A DNA stretch of 63,903 nucleotides, filler included, from Salisapilia sapeloensis CBS 127946 (lineage: Eukaryota > Protista > Oomycota), in the NCBI GenBank assembly GCA_023334545.1. It is 7 parts of 7 records of this genome, joined end to end, with 100 filler letters (N's around TTAATTAATTAA, not from the genome) between each part and the next. Parts side by side here need not be neighbours in the genome. Positions count along the whole stretch, not along the records: positions 24,257 to 50,396 come from JAADVB010000243.1; 6 more parts are not named here. The stretch is one strand, 5' to 3'. Position 1 is the first letter of the stretch. Each line of letters begins with the position of its first letter. This document shows positions 32,200 to 44,450 of the stretch, in pieces. The position numbers and the translations under genes are program-made. Below the pieces are notes generated by a model. That model had not been told where the DNA came from. It saw only the letters and a list, made by a program, of their open reading frames with translations, and did not search any database.

Positions 32200-32578
32200 A
32201 AATTAAAACTGAGAATATTCTTTTTTGTCTCAATGCCGTGCTATGTGATCGTTTGTATGTGAATCTGACGAAGAGGTAACCGGTCCGAACTCCTTCCACG
32301 TGGATGTATCAACAAGACCATCCACACGATGAGCACGATATAAATAGGTATTGTCGGACGTAACTAGTGGCTGCTCAGACGGTAGAGGTGCCTCTTCATC
32401 CTCCAGCATAGGCCGAGTAAACGGACCAGACGACAGATCGCACTGGCATATGTCCACATGCTTTCGTGGCATATCTCGCTCTCTGTTTCAAACGATGTAA
32501 TGGAAGGTCATGCTTTTCACCTCCACTCACACTTTTGCTTTGAGTTCAATTAGTTAGTTCCGCTCTCATACATCACCT

Positions 32579-34129
32579 ATGAAGTTACTACAGGTCCTGC
32601 CGTGGGCAGCGGCCGCCTTGTCCAGCGTTGCGTACGCTGAAGATGTCGTCGCGACCGTCATGTCTTTCAACGTCCGAACATCAAATGCTAATGACCATGG
32701 CACTTGTGGTACATGGGGTGGTGAACGCAAGGACAACGTCATCTCGCAAGTTCGAGCTGTCTCCCCCGACTTTTTCGGTACGCAGGAAACTTCAGAAGAA
32801 CAGCGGGCATTTATGGATGCTCAACTAAGTGATACGTACGGCAGTATCGGTAAAGACTCCGGTTCATTAAATGGCGCTGCGTCCGAGGTCGATGCCATCT
32901 ACTACAAGACAGCCGAGTGGTCGAAATTAGACGAAGGAACATTTTGGCTCGGTCCGGACATTCGAGTCCCGTCCGTTGCGTGGGGCATGGTTTACTACCG
33001 TACGTGTGTCTACGGTCGGTTTAAACACATCGAGTCAGGAGATACCGTCTGCATGTTTAATACGCACTACGAGACACCTGGAAATGATGAGGCTCAGATC
33101 CAAGCGTCCAACATCATTATGAATGAAGCTACTGCCGTCTGTCAGCCAGGAGACAAGCTCACGGTTCTCACGGGTGACTTTAACGCCAGACCCAACTATC
33201 CCGCCATGCAAAAGCTTTTCGCTGGTGGATGGACGGACAATTCGCGAGACCCGACGTTCTGTGGCAACATGGTGCAGCCTACTTGTCAGGAAAAGTTTGA
33301 CTTTACGCTACAATTAAATGCTGGTGTGGAAGGCCAAGCTTGTTGGCAAGAGACGAACGTCTTGCGTCAAGCTTTCGGGAGCAACTGTTATCCGTCTGAC
33401 CACGCAGTGCTAGTGTCTAAATACTGCCTATCTGGTAGCTGCTGTGGTGGTTCGAGTGATTCGGGCTCGATGAGCTCTATGGATTCTTCTGGTTCGAGTT
33501 CCGGTAGTGCAAATGGAACGAGCTCTTCGGACTCTGCTTCAAAGAAGCCTCTGTTAAGAGCTAGTGGTGCTTCCGAGGTGGGTGGAGAAGCAAAGGACCT
33601 GCCTACTACCAATCAAGAGGGTGGAAGCGGCGTTAATGCTGCGAATACACAGACTAGCGATAGTGGCAGTGGAGGTACCGTCGGTGCAGTTGTTGGTGTC
33701 GTCGGTGCGCTAGCTGCCGTAGCGGCCGTGGTGGCTGTTGTTGTCATTCGACGCCGACGCTCCGAGATGGACCGGGAACTAAGTAGTAAGAATGACGATT
33801 CTCCAGGCCCGTCGCTCTCCAACCGAGGCATGTCGGATCTAGAGTACACACAGCAACAGACTGGTCGCCCGACGCCGGAGGCAAATGTAACGGCGGAAAA
33901 GTTATCTTCGCTGGTTGACCCGAAGGAATCGGAAAGCTATGATTATGTGGACGGGTCCGCTCGTATGTCGACGGATGCGATGATGGAGCTCGGCTCGAGC
34001 AGCGGTTCGTCTGCTGCTATCATGGAATTGGACTCGAACCGTGGATCTTCCACTCCTCACATGTCAAGCAACACGCGTAGCTCAGAGGCTCTGTCCGAAG
34101 CGCGTAGCTCTGGCTTGTCCTGGTTGTAA
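32579..34129 (+). CDS. Type-I membrane endonuclease/exonuclease/phosphatase (EEP) family protein
   Basis: Signal peptide; MSFNVR, GTQE, NTHYE, GDFN, SDH motifs; Ser/Gly stalk; TM helix followed by RRRR; Ser-rich cytoplasmic tail. Confidence 0.9.
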   Translation: MKLLQVLPWAAAALSSVAYAEDVVATVMSFNVRTSNANDHGTCGTWGGERKDNVISQVRAVSPDFFGTQETSEEQRAFMDAQLSDTYGSIGKDSGSLNGAASEVDAIYYKTAEWSKLDEGTFWLGPDIRVPSVAWGMVYYRTCVYGRFKHIESGDTVCMFNTHYETPGNDEAQIQASNIIMNEATAVCQPGDKLTVLTGDFNARPNYPAMQKLFAGGWTDNSRDPTFCGNMVQPTCQEKFDFTLQLNAGVEGQACWQETNVLRQAFGSNCYPSDHAVLVSKYCLSGSCCGGSSDSGSMSSMDSSGSSSGSANGTSSSDSASKKPLLRASGASEVGGEAKDLPTTNQEGGSGVNAANTQTSDSGSGGTVGAVVGVVGALAAVAAVVAVVVIRRRRSEMDRELSSKNDDSPGPSLSNRGMSDLEYTQQQTGRPTPEANVTAEKLSSLVDPKESESYDYVDGSARMSTDAMMELGSSSGSSAAIMELDSNRGSSTPHMSSNTRSSEALSEARSSGLSWL

Positions 34130-34915
34130 TGAAAGTGTGCGTGTGCTATCTAAGTCTCGGAACCCATTTTTGATTACACTTGGAGACAATGCTGAAGAGA
34201 ATCAATTTTGTTTTTTGACGCAATTACAACACAAAACTAGATGACGCTTTCTACTTGTTTATCTTTCTGCGCTTTACTCTTTCGACTATGTCTTTAAGCC
34301 TTCTAAACGTGATATGGTGTACGTAGTATCTCTGTCTAGAGATTACAACTAGAGTGGATAGCGACATGATTCTGTCTTAATTAAGAAGACTATCGACGGA
34401 TATCGTCTAGGTCTAATAAGAATTAATATCGGTATCTAGTCAAGGATACATCTGTATAGCTGAGTGTATGCCAAATAATACTTATATCCGAGGAAGGGAG
34501 GATCAGAGAAGGATAGTAAAGGGTTGAAGCACCTTTATCGCTACAGAATCAGTGGAAACAGTCGTGCACTGAAATGCAGGGTACTGATCGGTAGGGGTTC
34601 AATATCTCTTATGCTGCTTATGAAAGTTAGAAGCTAGCTACCAGGACCAGATCCAGCATCTAGGATTAGTTCAATGTATAAAGCATGGGCAGACTAGCTG
34701 CAAGCCTGACGCTTCTCGATCACACTTCAAGATGCTTGTAGAATTTCTAAGCTACGATACTAGTTCTTCACCAAAAGACAAGTGATGTGAAGCACGATTG
34801 CATGACGACTATTACATAAGAGAAACCTCGACATAAGCATATATTACAACACTAGAAATGCATCTTCAAAAGTGTCAAGTAAATGTATATAAACACTCGT
34901 TATAAGTGTAGCCGT

Positions 34916-35641
34916 CTACTTTGCTACTGGTTTATATACATTCAGCGCCAAGTCAGACACCGCTTTTAAACCTGCCTGTACTCTCATGTAGGCCTCTGCC
35001 GAAAGTTGATATGGTGGCTTGTATAATTTCTGTCGTACTAGCTTTTTAATGACAATTGCATCCTGAAAAGTACCGTCTTCCTGCTTCTGCACACCGTGCG
35101 ATATCTCAGCCTCAATATTAATATCCTTCCGTACGCGCTGTCGAGATCTGTATGGATGCAATTCATCCTTGTGCACTGATTCGGAATAAATCGTTGCTCG
35201 CTCTTCTCCGTCATCTTGATATTCGGCAAAGACGGCAATGTTATCCTCCACATCGGCATCGTCACTACAGATGACGATTCGGTTCACAAACGCACGTGTA
35301 TTGCTTGCTTCTTCATTCTCACGCAATGCAACGGCTTCTAACTGCTCTGAAATGACCATTTCCAGGTTATTAATTTGAAAAAGGATGATGTTGTAAACAT
35401 GCCGGAGACTGGAAACATGGGTGACGTGGTGGATTTCACGATATGAAAAGTATAAGTCTCCTGTATCTGGGTCTTTCAACCGGTCTTCATCCATGTAGCA
35501 TGTGGAAGGATCGACAGTATTGTAATGATTGTGGAGTTTATCTCGGGCAGACATGAGCACGGCCGGACGAAGGCGATCGAGTACCTGCTGTCGGCGGTTG
35601 GCATCAGTGCCTAGGCATATTTTATTCGGCATCAAGTCCAT
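34916..35641 (-). CDS. Oomycete M96/START-like family protein (probably the last exon; acceptor near 35654)
   Basis: LEMVISEQL...RENEE...NRIV...EDNIAVFAEY...HKDELHPYRSRQRVRKDI pattern recalled from Phytophthora expansions. Confidence 0.65.
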   Translation of the reverse strand: MDLMPNKICLGTDANRRQQVLDRLRPAVLMSARDKLHNHYNTVDPSTCYMDEDRLKDPDTGDLYFSYREIHHVTHVSSLRHVYNIILFQINNLEMVISEQLEAVALRENEEASNTRAFVNRIVICSDDADVEDNIAVFAEYQDDGEERATIYSESVHKDELHPYRSRQRVRKDINIEAEISHGVQKQEDGTFQDAIVIKKLVRQKLYKPPYQLSAEAYMRVQAGLKAVSDLALNVYKPVAK

Positions 35642-36952
35642 TTCCGTTGGTGGCTAGAAACATGTACAGTGAGAGGCAAGAAAAAATGGTAGTGAATGCA
35701 TGTTACAAGTAGGTGCGGGGCATATTTGCACAGATGCGAAATGACGAGATGATTGCTATTGATTGCATAGCGAAGTGACATATTCACAGCTATCTGTGTC
35801 GTCACATTCAGACTTTGATGCGATTTTCCTCCTGGGCACGATTGTCGGTTTCGTAATTCGTCCTCTAGACAGCGAACTTTGCTCTGTAGATGCTCTATTT
35901 CCTCCTAATACCCACAAAAAACGTTTAGCTTATAGAACGATATGTTCACAGTATAATGCATGCAAGTACTCTTTGAGTTATGTAATATGGTCGACGCTTG
36001 CGCTTCAGAGGTGCTTTAGTCATTTCCATTATGTGTTGTCAAATTCGTATTTGGTATCAGACGTGAGTCAGAGCAAATGAATAGTTTAGCTTCATAAAAC
36101 AAGGTAATTATGTCTTATTCCCTAAATTTAATCAATAAAGACTACCTGAATCTTTAGTGAATACCAAATAAACTTTACCTCGGATACGCACAGCAGTGTA
36201 AGGATTTTCGACGGAGAACCCCACCGCTATGTTGTAGTATACAATTCATTCTTATCCAGGCTCGCAAATGCTTTACAAGCAACTACTGGAGTCGATCAAA
36301 TGTTCTTATACATGCACATACTAAAATAAAAATTAGTGATATAGTTTTATAGATTTGTTCATGGGAAGTTTGAAAAGAATACGTGAAGAGTAGGTACCTC
36401 ACACTGTATTCTTGCTTGCACGAGTAGTGACTTTTGTATGTAGTTGCTAGTTTGCTTTCCACTCAAAGTAGCACATCGCAAACGCATCATCAGGAAAAGA
36501 TTCAACGCGGCTCGACACGACACAGATATCTATGACAGACATCACTCGGTATATAAACTAGTAGGAGGTCCAATGAGATAGGTGTCAAGCTAATAGTTGC
36601 TATTATAATGAAAGAACTCATAACTTTTCAGTACCTAAGCCGTGGTAAATCTATTAGAGATCTCTATTTGCATACGAAGCACAGATCGTCGAAATCAATA
36701 AGCATGGATCTCTACATTCGCACAGCAAAATTAATACCATGTACTATTCTACCGTTCAAGTTGAACAAAATCGACTTGACCCGAAATGGAAGGACTTCAT
36801 TAACTTAAGTTTATAACCCTTTCGACAATCTTTGGCATTGAGAATTTCATTCTCTGCTTCCCTTCACGATCTTTCAAATCTACGCTGATTACAAAATTTG
36901 CTTCGAGCTAATCAAGAACAAACAAAAGATACCGAAGATTACTTCTACAACC

Positions 36953-37660
36953 ATGAGCACCGAGAAGACCTGCCTCGTCACCGGAGCGAACCAAGGCATC
37001 GGGCTTGATCTCGTCAAAAAAATGATTCAAGCAGGGTGGAAAGTCATTGGAACTGCCCGCCAGCCAGACAAGGCCGACAAGCTGAAAGAGCTTAATCCGT
37101 ACAAGGTCATTCAGCTGGACATTTCGGACGAAACTTCCATTCAAGCTGCCGCGACAGCTTGTGAAGGAATTCCCATCGACATCCTCATCAACAATGCTGG
37201 TATGGGCCATATAAGCAATGTCAGTGACTCCACAAAGCAGCAAATTATGGAGTCGTTTGAAGTGAACGCCGTCGGTCCGTTCTTGGTAACCAAAGCTTTT
37301 CGATCGAACTTGAAGGCAGCAGTGGACAAGTCAGCTAACCACGAAGCGTACGTGATGAACACGTCAAGCACAATTGGTAGTCTCAGCGAGAATTTGTTTC
37401 CGGGTGCAGGAGTACCATATCGTTCTTCCAAGACGGCATTAAATATGCTATCGTTAAGTCTTGCTGAGGACATGAAGAAAGACGGTATCAATGTCTTCCT
37501 TTTGTGTCCGGGCTACGTGTCTACCAATATCAACAACTACAGCGGAGTGCTTACTGTCGATGATTGCTCCAATGCTATCATGAACAATTTGCTGACGAAA
37601 TTGACGCCTGACTTTAGTGGTAAATGGTACAGTCACGAGGGAAAGATTATCGCTTGGTAA
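36953..37660 (+). CDS. Short-chain dehydrogenase/reductase, CsgA/C-factor-like, intronless
   Basis: TGANQGIG, LINNAG, YRSSK, PGYVST. Confidence 0.93.
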   Translation: MSTEKTCLVTGANQGIGLDLVKKMIQAGWKVIGTARQPDKADKLKELNPYKVIQLDISDETSIQAAATACEGIPIDILINNAGMGHISNVSDSTKQQIMESFEVNAVGPFLVTKAFRSNLKAAVDKSANHEAYVMNTSSTIGSLSENLFPGAGVPYRSSKTALNMLSLSLAEDMKKDGINVFLLCPGYVSTNINNYSGVLTVDDCSNAIMNNLLTKLTPDFSGKWYSHEGKIIAW

Positions 37661-40600
37661 GCTTGTAGTGAATGAGCGGAATGAGCTTTTGTGCCCTTGC
37701 TTACTTTCTAAATCTTCATCTCTGTTTGTGAGATCGGTTACTTGTGTGTCGACCTTTTGCAAAGCATCACTTGGAACTATCGTCACTGGATCAATGAAAA
37801 CTCAAGGGATTCAAGGAGAAGGGAGTAAACGTCGTTACCTATTCTAGGATACATTTTTCTTCTGTTTCGTTTGTTTGGTCTATGGATCCAATAGTCTGTC
37901 ATCTCTCCGTTAATTCCTGCCAAATTATCTGTTGACAATATATATTTTGCTATAACTATATTCCGATTGGGTTTCCACTTCTCATACGACAGCGCAGAGT
38001 ACTCCATCATATATAAGTTTTACTGTACACTGAATTATCTCACTTATCGTGTGTAGTACAGGTCATTACAGTCCATCTTTTTAGTTTCCAACAGCTTTCT
38101 AACCATCATAGAAAGCTTGATTAGGACTCATGTTTATTATAGAATATTAATGCCCCGTTGAAATGGCTTTAGACTAGGTCAGTTTCCATGTGACTGTAAG
38201 TTTAACCTTTTGCTAATGTCTTAAATATCTAGATGGCCTTGTTATTGATGCTTGCTTTGACCACTCGAGCTAAATTGTGTGCTGATATTATGAACCTTTA
38301 TAGATATAAAGCAGGGTTTGGAATTTTCCCGTCCATTTTCGTGCTAATCTGCATATATCGTGGCCATAATGGAAGGAGCTAAGAAATCAGGGTACTATTT
38401 GAGGTTAAATTGTCACTTTGTCTTAAAGCAACCTTGCAACATTAACAATAGTAAGCAAGAATAGAAATAGGCTGTGTTTCTTGACCAGAAAATTGGGTAT
38501 CATGCATGGCAATCAAGGGATTGTGAACAAACATGCAAAACTGCGATACGAATCAATGTCTAAGTCTTTGCCGGTTCTTACATCTCTTACATCTCTTACG
38601 TCGCTTTATACCTTTCTATTACTATCCATATATATCGTCCGTTCCTCTGTCATGCTTTGATAAGCAGTAGTGTCGAGCGTATCGTGGATGATCGTCGAAG
38701 TCATTCAGGTTGAAGTTGCATTCGATTTACTTGTGCTAGTGAGCTCTTCGCCATTTCATTAGGACGGAGTACAGTGTGAGTCGCAAATATCGCTTATTAT
38801 TTCGTCTACTACTGTGCTATTCTTGTTCCGAAATAATAGCGAAGAGCTCAATACCGCAAGTAAAGCGAAGAGCTCACCTAGTCGAGCGACTGTTTCGCGC
38901 GCTTTTCCAAATTTGCACGTTTCGAGCACCAGGTGTGGCTTAAAGTCATCTCGGAGATCGTTTCCTTCTGATTGCATCAAAGACGAACAATCGCTTGCTT
39001 TTGTACTTCTAGCTTGATGGAAAAGTTGTATTGTAAAGCTACGTTGGGTTTCCAACGGCAAGTAGCAAGCATGATCGGCTATGCTCAGCGAATGCGGAAT
39101 TGCTCAATTCGGCTATCATGAATAGAACTACAAAATGCAAATTCCCAATGTTGCCGAACCAATCTTCAGCGCGAACATGGTCTAATTTGTAGCACCATAA
39201 CGTGGTGCACTACATAGAAAGATGCAAACCAGTTCATGTTTTATAAAAGACTATACATATATCACGAGGGTATCCATCTATCCATCTACTCATCGGGCGT
39301 ACATCGGTTCGGATGTCTATTTCATCACCACGACGTGAACTAGAGATAGACATACGTGAACGATTGGAAGGCACAATAAGTTTGCTCTAGGATAACATTT
39401 AATTTCAACTTCGGTTGTACAAGGTATAAAACCTCATATACTATAATAACTAATTGCTGCTCGTAGAGATTTCATCGTCGAAACAAGAAGCATATCATTC
39501 GGATCTAGTACCACTGGAACTGAAAATTCGGTCTTTGGTAAACATTATCCTACATTAGCGTCGTTTTGGATCGATGACATTTACAAAATGACGTCTAATT
39601 TCTTAGACCTTGATCTTACTCTAGGCATTTCGTCGTGCGATGGATTATAGTGAAGAGTTCTACACACACCAACTAGAAGTATAGCTAAATGACAATGTTT
39701 TCTATACAAGAACCAATGCTTTCGCTTCTGCTTGTCGTGCCTTCTATGTCAGTACTGATGAGGTAGTAGTGTTCAAGTATTATTATCTCCATCATATGAA
39801 GCTTAGCACTTTATAGTCCTCAAGTGATTTATGCTAAACGATATTTTGGATAAAGGTCATGGCTTATCAACTCGAAGGCTTCTGGTCCCTTGAAGAGGGA
39901 GTACAAGCAAGCTGAATAGCAAAGTGAGCTGAAAATTCGCGAACGTCTTACTCTACGTAATTATTTCGATTGTCAATAAAATTTGGCCCTACCTTCGCTA
40001 AGCTGCATGATGTCATGGAAGTTTTGTACGTGACTGAGATTCGGACATTGAATGCCGGCTTCCATTCTGTGCACAAATGCTTTCTGTAAAATTCTCTTTC
40101 AGTGTAGTCCTGTGATCTCTCCATTTTGAATTCACTACTGCCACTATCTCATGCCATCACTATAGTAATCCTTGTTTGGTATGCTATGAAGCATTTCCCT
40201 TATTAGTTATTTCGCTGCACGCGACACATGAGTGCAAAGTGCTTACGGTCGAGAAATAATCAAATTTCAGACTCCCATCTCTGTATGCTACCTTGTAAAA
40301 GCACAATCTCTATGCGCTTCATTTAAATGCTACTGACAGTTTGCTCTTTATCATAATGAGAAATACTTCGTAGGATATGCAAGGTCAGCGTACTAGCGAT
40401 ATACTCCATAAAATTTTACAATAATTTACTATTGCAATTGCTTTCACTAATATTATGTGCATTTCCATTGTAAGCATTGAACTGTTTGCACTCCATTCCT
40501 TTCACTTAGGCACATGCATCCTCTCTTAGTATTTCATTTACGTGTCTTCGCAGTACCCCATCATGAGAGATCGACAACTGTGTTCGCAAATGCTGCATTC

Positions 40601-42361
40601 TGTCCCTTTTGCCCTGTGTAACCAACGCAGATCTACCAGAAACACAATTGTGATCCATGTCTTGTGTGCTTTACTTTTCTGCATGTAACCAAGACGTTCT
40701 TATGAAATGATTCCCGCATCGTTCCATAACCATCAATTCCATGCCGAGCAATCAGTCACGAATATACCTCTCGTGTAGACGACGAAGAAAGCTCCGCATC
40801 GAATGCTCATGAACTAGAATATATTGTGTCTGGCTAGAATGATGAAGATTGCAAGGCAAATGAATAGCATCCAATGCCTTTGTAGACTGCATTGACTTCG
40901 ATTGAAAGCAAATAGTAACACGGCAATCGTAAAGGATAGCCGTCACACTTCATGACAGAATAGATACAGTGGTCTTGCATGAGTATTGTTCGATAGCCAG
41001 GTTGCTATGCATCTCTGCTTTTCCTGACTACTAAACAAATGAACGAGAATATCCGGTCTTGCATCCTGCACGTCATTGCAACAAATGCATCCATTTACAA
41101 CGAAGAGAAAGGATACCTCTGGATACCGATGCGACAACGCTGTCGGATGCACCAACGTAGACTTTCCAAGCAAGAGAGGAACAATTCAATATTCCTTTAT
41201 AGCTTAATGCTTATTTTTCGATTGCAACGTAGCACAAAAGAAGGTCGCTCAATGACGAAGCAAAATTCGATGGAAACTCAGTGACCATCTTCTTGAGACT
41301 ACCCAAAGATTGTTGACGTGGGCTACAATCGAGCCGTTTCAGTGTCATGATGTTGATGATGGACGAGGTCGCCATTTAGATTCATGTCCTACTTTTGCTG
41401 GTTAGCCTTATCAGACGACCAGAAGAAAGGCGCGATAACGTACTTCCGATCATGACAGATGAGGTACAGGCCAGGACGGTACAATTATCGATGAGGTCTA
41501 CATACAGATTCAAAGTAACACGTATCCAGCCTGTTTTCTCCGAAAGTTGCTTGCATTTAATGCTTTATATGGTCGAAGACGCATGTCAGGCGAGAATTGT
41601 ATCAACCTTTAAGTATTCATCCATCCTCAAGTCGAGCGACCTAGCCACTCATGTGCTTCATATACTCTTCCATATCGAAATCCTACTCGATTCATCCCAC
41701 GCAATCAAACCATGGCGTGCCAATTACTTCTGCGTTGAAATATTGGAGGATCATAGAGACTAAACATCCGCACGCCAGACCAGGCAGCACGTCCAGAGGA
41801 CCAGGACGCACTCGCCAGAACTAATCCGTATTGGTGTTGTCGCAATGTATCCATCTCCTCTGAAACACGATCCCTCCGGTCGAATTATGTCCAATGATAT
41901 GCACCCATGAGGTGATTCCACCAATCCAAGCGTTGTCGCGGCGTTTCCATCCGCCAATCGCGCGCAACAAGTCAGCGCTACAAAACCAGCTGGTTTGCAA
42001 CCTGCCGTCTGCTCGCGTCACTCGAGCGGCCGTGCGCATTCCATCGCCTCCCTCCTACTCGATCGACCGTGTGCACGTAGAACAGCTCACGACGTTGTCT
42101 TGCGCCGAACCTTTTTTCCACTTTTTGCTCTTGAATACGTGACAAGGTCGTTCAGCACTTTCCGTATCACGAGCGTGAGAATCCAGAGAGCTATCAAATC
42201 CGTTCCAACTGTCCTCGCGAAGAAGTGGTCGAGACCACTTTTCCATTTTGAATCGTAAGCACAGCCTCGGCGCCCGTTCCCCAACTGCTTCCAAAGCACG
42301 AAACGACTTTCGTGGATCGCCTTCCACCATCTAAACAATCATTGGGCTCCCATCTAAATAC

Positions 42362-44450
42362 ATGATGGTACGCATACTCGATATCGATTTGTCCTATCAT
42401 ACACGTAGCTTACGACACAAACTCTAGTCACTGGCGTTTGTGAATTCGCCCCCCACGTATGTCTACCCCGGAGTGGTTTTCGAGGCCACGGTCAGGCTCG
42501 TAGATGACCAGACGCAGAAAAATGTCATAGGGTACGTCTATCCGCCTCAATGCATTCTCATCGTGATACTAAGTACATGCACTGTAGCTGCTCACAAGAC
42601 CTAGACATCCATCTACGCTACTTTGATACATTGGAGCCAGTACCCAAGCAACTCGCGACGGTATCTCACTTTTATTTGATGTACGCTTCTATCCGGCGTA
42701 CTTATGCACTACGTAGATCGAACTCTCCAATCGACCTCATATCCACGACAACAGTGGCGCCGCAATCATCTCCGCCATGATTCATCTCGGAGACGCAACG
42801 TGTGACGGACAGCGGTACTGCCTCGAAGTATCATCGCCCTCCGATCCGTCCTTGTCTTCCATCAAGTCCCCTCCGATCGTACCTGTGAAAGAGAGGCTCG
42901 TCATCACGCAACAGCCCCCAGACGTATGGTACAAAGACGAGGGTGGTCGTGAAAAATGCATGGTCGTGTCGTTATCGACAGAAGCTGCTCCAGGCGTACC
43001 CATCGAGTCTCGTGTCATTCCTCTTCGTGTTCGTCTTTTATATGAAACTGGTGCTCAAGTCCTCAAGCAAAGTATCTTAAGACTCTTTCCTGATATGAAT
43101 CCAAACATGACGAACGGACGAGTGAACATTTCGTTCCGTATCGATGACGTCTCGAAGAACCATCAAGGCCAAGGCTTTGTCGTTGAAATCGCACCAGACA
43201 CGCAGGATACGTCGTCCATGTTCCAGGACATTGCACCCATCCACACGTCTGTCATCAGCATTCGATCGAAGCGGAATAAGCGAAAGATACACGCGAACGG
43301 CAGTACGTCGGTTCACTCGACGCCTCGTAACATCCCGCAGCCGCCTTCCGCCGGAAGCATGATGTCCAATCAAGGTCCTTCGAAAGCACTCGCAAGAGGT
43401 GACATCATACCAGACAGGCAGGCGCAGCACTACAGCCCCATCGCGTACTCTTCTGCGGTCGAAGTGTCGGATAACGATCAGTGGAACAATACGAGCCCTC
43501 GCGATAATCACATTGAATGGCGTCTCGTCGGTTTTGAAATCCATTCCGATGGTTCGAGCGATACGAATCGACCGATCTATCGTTGTCCAAATTGTCGCAA
43601 GCTGAACGACGTTGACATGGTTGCTGGCAACGCAGTTGAGCACGACAATTCTTGTCCTGTCCTGACGTCCATGTACAGTCCGCAGCACTTTATCCCGTCG
43701 AGCTACCAGGACAACTCGTACGCATCGTCTGTCCCGATGACGCAATCCCAGCCCTTCCCCATCACCAATCTCCCTCGTAACTTGTTCATGAAAGATAATG
43801 ACGCTAATGCGCACCGACCAGAGCTCGTATCCCTACCAGATCAGTCTCAATCGATGTTCCAGCTTCCCAGTAGCGAAACTCCTCTAGGCGTCGAGAAGCT
43901 GTCGGTCGTGTCTAAGATCCCAGAGATGGATCCAGCTGATGACCATCAGCAGTCGAACCTGCCTGTCGGTATGGCTGCCGATGGGAGCACGACACCTCTC
44001 ACGGCTGGTCTTAATAGCGCCTTGTTCAGCGAAATGAACAACATGGGCATCCCGTGGGACGGATTCGACAAGAACAATGGGCTGGATGCATTTGGTGACG
44101 TCGGAGAAGCGAATGAAGACATGGTGTACTACATCTTGGCTCGGATGTACTCGAATGAAAACGGTCAGAGCTTAGGACTGCCTGCGTTTGATAGATTCCA
44201 AAGCCTCCTTGGCTTCTACTCGGAAGTGCAAGTGGATGCTCAGACGCAGATGGTGTTCCATGGATTGAATGCATTGAATTTAAGTGCGAATGACAAGAGC
44301 ATGATCACGAACGAGTTTGGACAGGAAGTGCAGCAGGACTCTAGTGCCGTGCATTCTCTACCAAAGTACCAGAACAACCTCGTCTTGCTGCGGGAGGATG
44401 CACTCATGTACTATTGGAGTCAATCGCTCGGGAGCTTTGGTGTGAACTAA
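42362..44450 (+). CDS. Putative nuclear DNA-binding protein with tandem beta-sandwich-like repeats, NLS and Zn-binding motif; exons 42362-42367 (tentative), 42428-42531, 42588-42660, 42717-44450
   Basis: In-frame GT-AG splicing extends the ORF at 42777 upstream; QQPPDVWYKDEGG, FRIDDVSKNHQGQ, RSKRNKRK, CPNC...HDNSC. Confidence 0.8.

Noticed and set aside
34590-34615. GGTTCAAT T-loop-like motif as a tRNA
   Set aside because: No acceptor, D or anticodon stems could be formed; no tRNA, rRNA or snRNA recognised anywhere in the window.
38572-38600. Short tandem CTTACATCT repeat
   Set aside because: About 2.5 copies of a 9-mer in AT-rich intergenic DNA; ordinary slippage.
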